A stretch of 64,000 bases of DNA. Origin: Eledone cirrhosa. Its lineage: Eukaryota. Both the position numbers and the translations under genes were made by a program. Below the pieces are notes generated by a model. The model had not been told where the DNA came from, searched no databases, and worked only from the letters and a program-made list of their open reading frames with translations. Location of the stretch: NCBI GenBank assembly GCA_964016885.1, contig OZ024741.1, positions 186,744,001-186,808,000 on the forward strand, given 5' to 3'. Of this stretch, positions 53,270 to 64,000 are shown in pieces (position 1 is the stretch's first letter; each line of letters starts with the position of its first letter).

Positions 53270-54340
53270 ATGGCGGTGGGTAGTAGTGGTGGTGGTGGTG
53301 GTGGTGGTGGCTCGGGTGGTGGTGGTGTCGGTGGTAGGGGGTGGGTAACGTGAAGTAATGTGGGTCGCTGTTAACGTGTGGGGGTGACTGTCCTCGTTAC
53401 TGCGCTAAAAGTGTGGGGTGGGACTGTGTGTAGGGATGTATATTCCTGTGCTTAGGGGTAGGGGAATTAATGGGTTATAATGGTCTTGATGATAGTAGTG
53501 GTGGGGGGCGGGTTGAATGGTGGTGGTGGTGGTGATGATAGTAGTGGTGGTGGGTGGGGGGTTGAATGGTGGTGGTGGTGGTGATGATGGTGGTGGTGAT
53601 GATGGTGGTGGTGGTGGTGGTGGCAATGTTTGTTGTCATGGTCCTATGATAAAACTGACAGCGCTAAAGGTTGCTTTGTGATAATAGAGGTTTTGGCGGT
53701 GATAATGATGGTGATGGTGTTGGTGGTGGTGGTGCTGGTGGTGATGGTGTTGGTGGTCTGATAGTGGTGATGGTGGTGGTGGTGGTGGTGGTGGTGGTGG
53801 TGGTGGTGGTGGTGGTGATGGTACTGGTGGTGGTGATAGTGGTGATGGTGGTGATGGTGGCGATGGTGCTGGTGCTGGTGGTGGTGATGGTGCTGGTGCC
53901 GGTGATAGTGGCCCTGGTGTTGGTGGCGGTGATAGTGGTGCTGCTGCTGGTGGTGGTGATGATGCTGGTGGTGGTGGTGGTGCTGGTGGTGATAGTGGGG
54001 ATGGTCTTGGTGGCGGTGATAGTGGTGCTGTTGCTCGTGGTGGTGATGGTGGGTGCTGGTGGTGGTGATAGTGGTGATGGTGCTGGTGGTGGTGGTGCTG
54101 GTTGTAGTGCTGGTGATGATGGTGCTGGTGGTGATAGTGATGCTGCTGGTGTTGGTGGTGGTGGTGATAGTGGTGATGGTGTTGGTGGTGGTAAAAATAT
54201 CAGCGAGTCTAATGTGTTTGTCATTGAAGTGATATTCGTGAAGGTGTCGGTAACGACGGTGTTAGTAATGGTTATCTGATAAGTGTGTTGCGTGATACTG
54301 GTGGTGGCGGCGGCGGTAACTAGTGAGGTGGTGTCAGTTG
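53270..54340. repeat. (GGT)n-rich degenerate trinucleotide tract
   Basis: Long GGT/GAT/GCT runs; ORFs here are low-complexity. Confidence 0.9.
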
Positions 54341-54849
54341 CAGTGGTGACTTGTTTTTGTTGCAGATACTAATGTTAATGAATGAGGACTATGACGATTT
54401 CAATACCTTTTCAACTTTCAACTAACGACTAAACTTCTTTGCAACCGCGTAGCTTGGGTTTCGTTTACACACTACGCGGCATATTGGGTAGATGTATTTT
54501 CTATACAAACACATATCACTTAAATCCAATGTGTAATTTTCTTACATAGATATTTCGTGTCTTTGGGCCCTATGGAGATGGGTGTGTGGCACCGGGAGCA
54601 GACTTGACATCTTGGAGGCTCTTAATCACAACACTGCACATTTAGTGATAGAGGGTCTATCCAAAAAGCGTTTTCAGTGATGTCACAGTAGCTGAATTCA
54701 GTGGGATCCTCTGTTTCTGACGGTTTCTGAGAGTAACCGTATCTCGATGAACACTGCTCCCCCTCCTTTTCAGAGGAAGGGACTAGAAAGGGTGTCATAA
54801 AAAAATGTCTGTCAATAGGAACTAGTCAGTACACAGCGACTGAGGGTTG

Positions 54850-57770
54850 TTAATTTAAGTTGTGTGAATATCAAGAGAAAAATGTTGGAATGTCCGTACA
54901 TTACAAAACTCTGAAAATAATACAGAAATACGATACAAATTGTGGTTTCCGCACTAGAAATATATAAAATGGATATTGTTGCACTCGGCGAAACCAGGTT
55001 TCTAGGGGAATGTCATTCGGATGAATTTAAACAATATACAATTAGTTGATCTGAAAACCTGAGAAAGGAAATTGGGATTGCTATGAAGAAAGAGATATTT
55101 GTCTCTCTTGAGGAGCTGCCTCGAGGTGTAAATGAGCAGATCATGTTAGTGAGGCTTTCACTCTGTAAAGGTCATTTTGAATCTCTGGGGAGTGTTTACG
55201 CTCACATGCTTGATGCTTATGATCACGTAATGTCCAATTTTTATGAAATACTAAGGGAAACCTTGTCAAATGTTTATAGAGATCACAAATTGTTTTGGGG
55301 GCAATTTTAATCCACTTGTTGGGAAGCATTATCAGACGTAAGCGGTGGATTGGCAGTATCGGTAGAGGGTCGGACGCCATGCTTTACAGCATAGTTACGT
55401 CCCTTTACAATCTGAGTTCAAATCCCGCCGAGGTTGACTTTGCCTTTCATCCTTACGGGGTCGATAAAATAAAGTACCAGTAATGCACTGGGTAATTGCT
55501 GGCCTTGTGCCTAAAGTAGAAACAATTATCAGACGTAAGCAGATTCATAGAGTGTTCTTGGTCCATTTGTTGTGGGATCAATGAACAGAAAGGGGTTGCA
55601 TCTTATCCAACTATATACTGAAATAGAAATACATTCTTCCGTTAAAATTTGATATATAAATATTCACGGATTCAAAATGTTCGTGGTAAAAAGAATCGAC
55701 ATGTCATACATTATGTTATTATGGCTAGCAAACATTGACAAATAGTCTCATCAAAGCGTATTAATTGCTTTGCTTTGATGGACCCCGCAATCTGTGAAGA
55801 AACGGAAAATACTATAGATTTACTGCAACATGGAATGTTTTTAAAGACAAGATTTACCGTGTATTTCCAAAACAACAATGATCAAATTAAACAGATCTTA
55901 GTAACAAGATGTAAGGGATCGGCGTTTAAAAGTTAGAAAATCATTTGAGTCGCATAGCTGTTGGCAACTTCTTTTGACGATAGTAAAAAGCAGGTGCAAA
56001 ATGAAATAAGGAAAATGAAGTATGACTGATGGAGAGTTAGTTTATAGATATTCAGGAGTTAGCAAATAGAAAGGACACAAAGGTTATATACAGTTTGATT
56101 GGAGTAGTTTTGGGGCCTCAACTGTCCATTTTGGTACCTTTGAGGTATAAAAATGATAACATTCTTACTAGGGATTCAGCTGGATAATGAAGCGTTGAGA
56201 GGAACACTATAGGGAATTTATCCGATTTGTCATTTCCGAACAATTGAATAACATTCCATCTGGGGGGGGGGGGGGAATGTTGCATTAAGTCAGTTAAATA
56301 AATGTAAACCTCCATTTACAAATGACATGTAAATGGCATGGATATGGAAGTGCTGGTGTGTCGCGGAGATAGATGCAACAGCTACTATATGATATTTTTT
56401 TTCTTTTTCGATTTGGAAGAGTACTACAGTGCCACAATATTGGAAAGTTGCACCTATGGTCGCACTGCACAAAGCTCAAGGCAAAATATATATTTTCAAT
56501 TACTTCAGGGGTATTTCAACGATAGGCCACTCTGGTAAGGCATTTAATAGGCTAATGAAGGACATATGCTCACGTATTGCATCGGAATCCCAGGGTGTGT
56601 TTTTTGCTCGGAGGGTCGCGGTTAACATGAATTTCATGGAGCGACAATCACAAGAAAAATATCTTGACCAACAAGTAAACTTTATTCTGGTATACATAGA
56701 CTTTTCTTAGGCATTTGATAAGGGTAATCTTTGGAAAATTAGGTTGCCCTCCGCGTTTTGCTGAGAGGTTTAAGTAAGTTCATGATAACATGAAAGCAAG
56801 GATTAATGCAAATGGTTCCCTTTCTGATACAGTAAACGTAGATATCGGTGTGAGGTGTTCTGACGCCTACCTTGTTCCCGGTGTACATCTTTTTCAAGAC
56901 ATTTGAGAATTGTGATGTTGAGATTCGTATTAGGTATAGGTTTACTGGAAAGCTATTCAATTTACGCCATATTTCGACCAAGAGTAGAACTTTTGTATCA
57001 ATAACTCGTGATAACTGTGACATTCGTTAGCAGATATGAAGATTCAAATGGATTTTCTTTGTGCAGCGTGCAAGGTTTTTGTTTTAAAAATTAGCTTGAA
57101 CAAGATAAAAGTTTTGTTTACTCCGACACCTGGTAATGCATACCAAGAGCCAAACATTTATGTTAATATAGTTGTCTGGCTGCTGTCAATAGCTTTGTTT
57201 ATCTAGAAAGTACAATTTCAAGAGATAGGTCACTGGATGAAAAGGTGAATTTGCGTATTAGTGTGCTCGGGGCTTAGTAGGCTGCAGAAAGAAGTGTGGT
57301 CCTAGTATGACATACAATTATCAGCGACAACAGCTGTGTGTAATGGTTGTGTTCTCATTGCACTTTTGTTTGCCTTCGAAATATTGACCGTATAAAGAAA
57401 ACACAAAGACTTTAGAAAGGTTACATCAGAACTGACGTAAGCAGATTCTATGAGTGAAATGGACACACTTTACACCTGACATACCAGTGCTTCAATGTGC
57501 TAAGATTATGAATATATAATTCCATTTGATCAAATGGAGCTTACGTTGGTTTGGGCACGTTGTATGTTTCGTGGATAAGAGAATGTCAAGAGAATTGTTA
57601 AAGCAAATTCACTTCTGGAGGAAACCTGCATGTCAACCAAAGATGTGATTTTGGGACAACATAAACAACAACTTGAAACGATTGGGGATTGCATTGAACC
57701 ATTGGGAAACAGCTGCCTAGAATAGAATTTTATGATGGGGAAATATGTAATAGGGGTTGAAAAATTATAT
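54850..57770 (+). mobile_element. Heavily degraded RTE-clade LINE
   Basis: MDIVALGETRF, GIAMKK...GVNEQIMLVRL, SVYA, GNFN (APE); NYFRGIS, ESQG, QEK, YIDFS*AFD (RT); many stops. Confidence 0.8.
55344..55524 (+). mobile_element. tRNA-type SINE inserted in the RTE, with 16-bp target-site duplication
   Basis: ATTATCAGACGTAAGC at 55328-55343 and 55525-55540. Confidence 0.93.
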
Positions 57771-58754
57771 ACACAGACACGCTCGCATCCGCGCACACAC
57801 GATTAAACACACGCGCACGTGCTATTTGCTTTTTGTTTGTTATTGTCTTTATCTTTCGTAGTTTTATTACCATCTTACCTACCTCAATTCACACGACATT
57901 TGTTGAGTATCAGGACACAAAATGGAGCAACAGAATTCTTGGAGTGGCAGTATAAATGTATAGGGAAGAAAGATGGTGGCTTTTGGCTAGCTGAGACTCC
58001 AAGAGCACATCCTGCAGGACGTATCTGATGTTGCTGAAGTTATTTCTCACATTTACTTGTAAATTTTCAATTATATAAAAAATAATACAGAATTTAATAT
58101 TTAGTCAAACATAAAGGAAAAGAAAGTAGCATTGTAAAAGACTATAAATGAGAGGAAAAGAAGGAAACAGGCAAGGATTAGTTTAAATGTAATTGAATAT
58201 TTAGACTTTTCTAATAAAATTTAATTTTTAGAAATTACTTGTAAGATCCTGACAATGTCAGGAGACGCGACAGTTTTGTATTTGATTTTTCCAGAAGGGA
58301 GTGAATATGTCTTTTGAAGCACAATATTTTCAAAGGTTTCTAAGCTAAATATTTCCCTCGTTTTAGAACATATTGTTGTTTTTCGCACATATAGGTCAAG
58401 TTGTAGTCCTGTTCGGTGACCATCGTATTTGATAATTTCCTGAATCTAAGAGGAGTCTGCTTCCAAATATTGTTTATATTACTGACTTTAAAGACCATTG
58501 TGATGTCATGTATATAAATAATATTCAGTCTGTGTTGCCAATACAGAAAATACTTATGTAAATAATTGAGTGAAGTTATTGAGCCAAACACAATGGGAAA
58601 TACCACCAGACATTTCGTTAGGCTTGACTCGAATCTGTTGATCATAACATTTTAGATATGCCAACCAGGAAACACTTAAACAAATACAGTAGTTTTCCAC
58701 ATACATCGTCGGTGTTCTCTCTCTTTCTTACCCCCCCCCCCCCCCCCCCACCCA

Positions 58755-58886
<132 letters not shown>

Positions 58887-59134
58887 AATAGGATAATTAA
58901 CAAAGAGGACAAGCCAACAAAAGAAAACAAGGCAGAATAGAAAACAATTTTTTGGAGGAGAAACCTTACAGAATTATTTCTTGAACATAAAATATAAACG
59001 AAAGACAGACCCCCAGGCGCATCGGCGGTTGATGTGGACTTTGGCAGTTTCGACAACTACCAATAGTACTGCTGGTCCACCCGGGGTTACAGTGCTTGAC
59101 AAAAGCCAAACGCTATATATATATATATAGTAAT

Positions 59135-59362
59135 AATAATAAATGTGAAGACTAAAATCCAAAGAGGGCTCGATAAGGATAAATATATATCAAATATATA
59201 AGATCCATAGAGCAAATATTTAGTAAAATAACAGATTAAAGTTTAAGCAAAGAATCGCTGCTTTCACCCTTAACGGGATCTTCTGAAACATGAGTTTCAG
59301 AAGATCCCGGTAATGGTGAATGCAATGATTCTTTGTTTAAACTTTAATCTGTTATTTTAATA
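59135..59362. repeat. Asymmetric fold-back element (family of 50130-50310)
   Basis: Arms 59224-59289 and 59294-59360; hammerhead-like remnant CAGAAGA-TCCCGTTAAGGGT-GAAA. Confidence 0.8.
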
Positions 59363-59396
59363 TATATATATATATGTTCCTATAACCATATACATC

Positions 59397-59436
59397 CCGA
59401 GCTGAAGATCCGCGAAGGTGATACAATTGTTCTCGG
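59397..59436 (+). ncRNA. Hammerhead motif with one core mutation, in a (TA)n-flanked element
   Basis: CCGAG-CTGAAGA-TCCGCGAAGGT-GATA-CAATTG-TT-CTCGG. Confidence 0.7.
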
Positions 59437-59530
59437 TATGGTGAACTAACTGTTGTGTAACCACTTCTACCTTACTCGTCCCTTGGACTGAGTGCTCTAC
59501 CACTACGGATATTACCTTCCAGTGTTCCAC

Positions 59531-59594
<64 letters not shown>

Positions 59595-59890
59595 TACACA
59601 ATAATCAAAACTATGTTAAAAACATTTTATTGTGGACACTCGTTTCTTCCAAACTTTCGTTTGGTATCATCGGAGCACTAGCATATATTCCTGCTCTGTA
59701 AAACATCTGATGTATTTACAATGAGCTATTTTTCTTACTGGTAATGAGGTAGTAAGGAATTTCTGACCTTTCCTGTTTGTAGTTGTATATAGTGTTTATA
59801 TAACTATAAATAATATTATTATTATTATTATTATTATTTTTCTTTATTGTTATTTAACTGGAAAGTTGGTTGAGATGAATATCAAGCCAC

Positions 59891-59957
<67 letters not shown>

Positions 59958-60036
59958 CAACAGAAATGAACGATAAAATTATATCTGTATAAATACAGAG
60001 AGGGTAACCGGGATTTCACCAGTTTGTATATGAATA

Positions 60037-61600
60037 CTAGACACGTTGGGTTACGTTCGCTACAAAATATTTTTTTTAATCATGTTTACTTAAAACAGAC
60101 ATGTATATAATGTGAAATGAAACTGGAAGGTCCCTATATATATACGTGTGTGTATGTATATATATAAATGTGTGTATACATATATATATATATGTGTGCG
60201 TATATATATATGTGGGTGTCTGTGATCTATATACACTGGTCATAGACACACACACATACACACACACACACTCACATAAACATATACACACAGTTTCACC
60301 AGCTCTCTCTCTCTCTCTCTCTCTCTCTGGCTCTGTCTCTCTATCTTCCATTCTGCTTCTCTGTCTCCTTCTCTCTCTCTATGGTTCTCTCTCAATCTAC
60401 TCTCTCACAACTACTTTCTCTTTCTTTCTATCCTTCTCTCTCTATTTATGAAGTTACCCAGGAAACCCCATATCTCGGGAAGCGGTGCTCCGATTTACGC
60501 GAAACTTGTGTCATTCCATTCGTATCCCAATTTCTGGGGAAACTTTGATTCAAAGTATTTTCCCATTATGTACCATTTTGGCTATTTATGAAGATACCCA
60601 GGAAACCCATATCTTGGGATCCCGTGCTCCGGTTTACGAGAAGCTTGTTTTATTTCATTCGTATCCCCATTTCAGGGGAAACTTTCTTTCAAAGTATTTT
60701 CCCATTGTGCGCCCTTTTGGCTGTATTACATTACAGACAAGCAAGCAAGTAATCACAGAATTTTAACAGTATACTCGACCACCCGTGACCCGTTGTTCAC
60801 TTCAAAATATGTTTTTTCAATCATGTTCACTAAAAATATTTTTTGAATAATTAAAATATAGAGACATTTATATAATGTGAAATGAAACTGGAAGGCCCAT
60901 ATATATACACATGTATGTACATACACACACATTTGTGTGTGTGTATACATATATATATATGTGTGTGTTTATCTATATATGTGGGTGTGTGTGATCTATA
61001 TACACAGGTCATAGACACACACACACATGTACACACACATATATACACACACACTCGCACGCAACACGACCAATACGCTTCCAACCTCCTTCTCTGTCTC
61101 CTCTCCTTCTCTCTATGTCTCTCTTTCAATCTACTCTCTCACAACAACTATCTCTTCCTCTCTATCTTTCTAACCCTCTGTTTATGAAGGTACCCAGAAA
61201 ATCCCCATATCGCGTGAACCCGTGATCCGATTTACGCGAAACTTGTTTTATTCCATTTGTATTCCCATTTCAGGGGCAACTTCCTTTCAAAGTATTTTCC
61301 CATTATACACCCTTTTGGCTGTATTACATTACAGACAAGCAAGCAATCACAGACTTTTAGTATTATATAGATAGACTAGACCACCCGTGACCCGTTGAAT
61401 CACGTTCTCTTTAAAATATTTTTTAAATAATTAACATATACACAGGCATGTATATAATGTGAAGTGAAACTGGAAGGCCTATATATACGTGTGTTTTTAT
61501 ATATATATATATAAATGTGTGTGTGTGTGTATACATATATATATATGTATGTTTGTATATATATATGTGGGTGTCTGTGATCTATATACACTGGTCATAG

Positions 61601-61633
<33 letters not shown>

Positions 61634-61829
61634 CACACGCACACTTACATATATATATATATATATGTTACACCTCTATTCTTTTAAATATATATATATA
61701 TATATATACAACAACACCACCAGCTCTCTCTTTCTCTCTCTTCCATTCTCCTTCTCTTTCTCTCTCTTCCATTCTCCTTCTCTGTCTCCTCTCCCTCTCT
61801 TTATGTTTCTATTTCAATCTTTCTCACAA

Positions 61830-61928
<99 letters not shown>

Positions 61929-62945
61929 TTATGAAGGTACCCGGAAAACCCCATATCTCGGGAAACGGTGTTCCGATTTACACGAGACTTGTTTTATTCC
62001 ATTTGTATCCCCATTTTCGGATCAATTTCCTTTCAAAGTATTTTCCCATTATGCGCCCTTTTGGCTGTATTACATTAAAGACAAGCAAGCAATCGCAGAA
62101 TTTTAGTAGTATACTAGATCACCCATGACCCGTTGGGTCACGTTCACTTAAAATTAATGTTTAAATAATTAAAATATACACAGACATGTATATAATGTAA
62201 AATGACATTGGAAGGTCATTCTCACTTGAGAATATTTTTTAAATATGTCAAAACATACTTTTTAAAATAATTTTAAAAAAAAGTAAAATATTGTCTGTGT
62301 AAAGAAAGCTAAAATATAAATACTTACTGTACGAATAACTTGTATTTTCTAAATCACATTCACTTAAAAATATTTCTAAATAATTAAAATATTCTGTTTA
62401 ACAAAAGCAAAAGTATAAACATTTACTGTAAAAACAACTTGTGTTTTTCAGGCGTACTCACTTTAAAATGTGTTTTTTTTAACAATTAAAATATCGTCTA
62501 TTTACTCGTCTGTTTAAAGAAAGCTGAAAGTACAAACAACTTTTTTTTTTTTTATTATATTCACTGACAAATCACTGAAAACATTTTTTTAATGCATTTT
62601 TAAAATCCTATTCACTTAAAAATATTTAATGAATAATGGAAATATTGTCTATGTCCGATTTACGCCAAATTTGTTTTATTCCGTTTGCATTCCCATTTCA
62701 GGGTTATTTTACTTTTAAATTATTTTCCCATTATGCACCATTTTGGCTATTTATGAAGGTACCCGGAAAAAACCCATATCTCGTGAACCCACGGTCGGAT
62801 TTAGGCGAAACTTGTTTTATTCCATTTGTATTCCCATTTCAGGGTCAACTTCCTTTGAAAGTATTTTCCCAATAGGCGCCCTTTTAGCTGTATTACATTA
62901 CAGACAAGCAAGCAACCAACCACAGACTTTTCGTAATATATAGAT
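60037..62945 (-). mobile_element. Head-to-tail array of four non-autonomous Helitron-like units
   Basis: Unit boundaries at about 60037, 60774, 61376 and 62114; minus strand starts TCTATAT and ends with hairpin CGTGACCC-AAC-GGGTCAYG a few nt before CTAG; internal microsatellites and an about 115-bp subrepeat. Confidence 0.8.
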
Positions 62946-63497
62946 AGATACACATATTTAATATGTAGGCATGTAAACATTCCAGAAAATAGGAATTTCC
63001 CTGTAAATTGGAAAAAAAAATGAACTTTTAGTATTATTCTGAAATAGACGTACTAATTTGCATATAATTAACCATCGTGTTAGTAGTTAATTAAGACATA
63101 TATTAAGAAGTGCGCTATCAGCCGAAGTGTACGATAAAGTTATATCCGTAAATATATAGATAACCAAAATTGCACCCGTGTGTATATAAATATACACACA
63201 TTTAACAGATATATTAACATATATATAAGCATGTAATATATAGGCATCAGAAGGCGTGTATATCTTTCACACAGCCACAAGGAAACACATATTAGATGGG
63301 CTTATATACCCATTAGCTATTAGTATTATTAAGAAACGGACGTACTAATTAGCATATAATTATCGCTCGTGTTGGTAGCTAATTAAGATAGCATATTAAG
63401 AAGTGTACGATAACGTTTTACCTTTTTACCTTTTTACCCGAAATACATGCACACATATTCATACATGCACACATATTCATACATGCACAAACGCACA

Positions 63498-63586
<89 letters not shown>

Positions 63587-63668
63587 ACACACATATATAT
63601 ATATATATATCTTGATGATTTCCTTCGAATGAAACACTTCCAGAGTCCCGTAGAAGCCATTTCTATAT

Positions 63669-63734
<66 letters not shown>

Positions 63735-64000
63735 GTTAAACAAGGTTCAATGAATAAATCAAAGAATGAGTTTTACAATAGATTGGAAGCACTCAACAGT
63801 TACTTATGGTTAATATTAATATATATATATATATATGTGTCTCAATCAATTTCTAGTTGATATAAAATGCTCGGATCTTTTCATTGGAATCTTTGAGCTT
63901 ATTCTACAGTGGATATGGTGAATGCCTCTCGGACATCACACCCGTAATTTAATTTTGGATATATATACGGCCCCTTTAATATAGAGCTAACTCAGTTGAA

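Noticed and set aside
53405-54279. Pro/Thr-rich and Val/Gly-rich ORFs resembling mucin or membrane proteins
   Set aside because: Open only because (GGT)n lacks stop codons; no splice or homology support

Overview
Repeat-dense, AT-rich eukaryotic (animal) DNA with no recognisable complete host gene. The SINE families and microsatellite load suggest a cephalopod, probably Octopus (inference). Almost everything is transposon-derived. (1) One apparently intact 5.8-kb L1/Tx1-clade retrotransposon (23881-29695, minus; ORF1 with CCHC knuckle, ORF2 APE-RT-zinc finger) sits inside (GATA)n, and three rearranged or deleted Tx1 copies at 1-10238 are associated with (ATT)n. (2) Three R4/Dong-like restriction-endonuclease retrotransposon fragments abut (CATA)n. 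(3) There are CRE-like, RTE-like, mariner, pogo-like and Penelope GIY-YIG remnants, a four-unit head-to-tail Helitron array and many tRNA-type SINEs. The most striking signal is a dense population of short, mostly fold-back (inverted-duplication) elements in or next to (TA)n tracts. They come from about a dozen unrelated sequence families, and most carry a minimal type I hammerhead ribozyme motif (stem I-CUGANGA-stem II-GAAA-palindromic stem III-UH-stem I). About 20 intact or decayed motifs were read by eye. One family is physically linked to a Penelope-like GIY-YIG endonuclease remnant. Most ORFs in the supplied track are microsatellite or antisense artefacts. All alignments and folds were done by eye, so coordinates may be off by a few bases.
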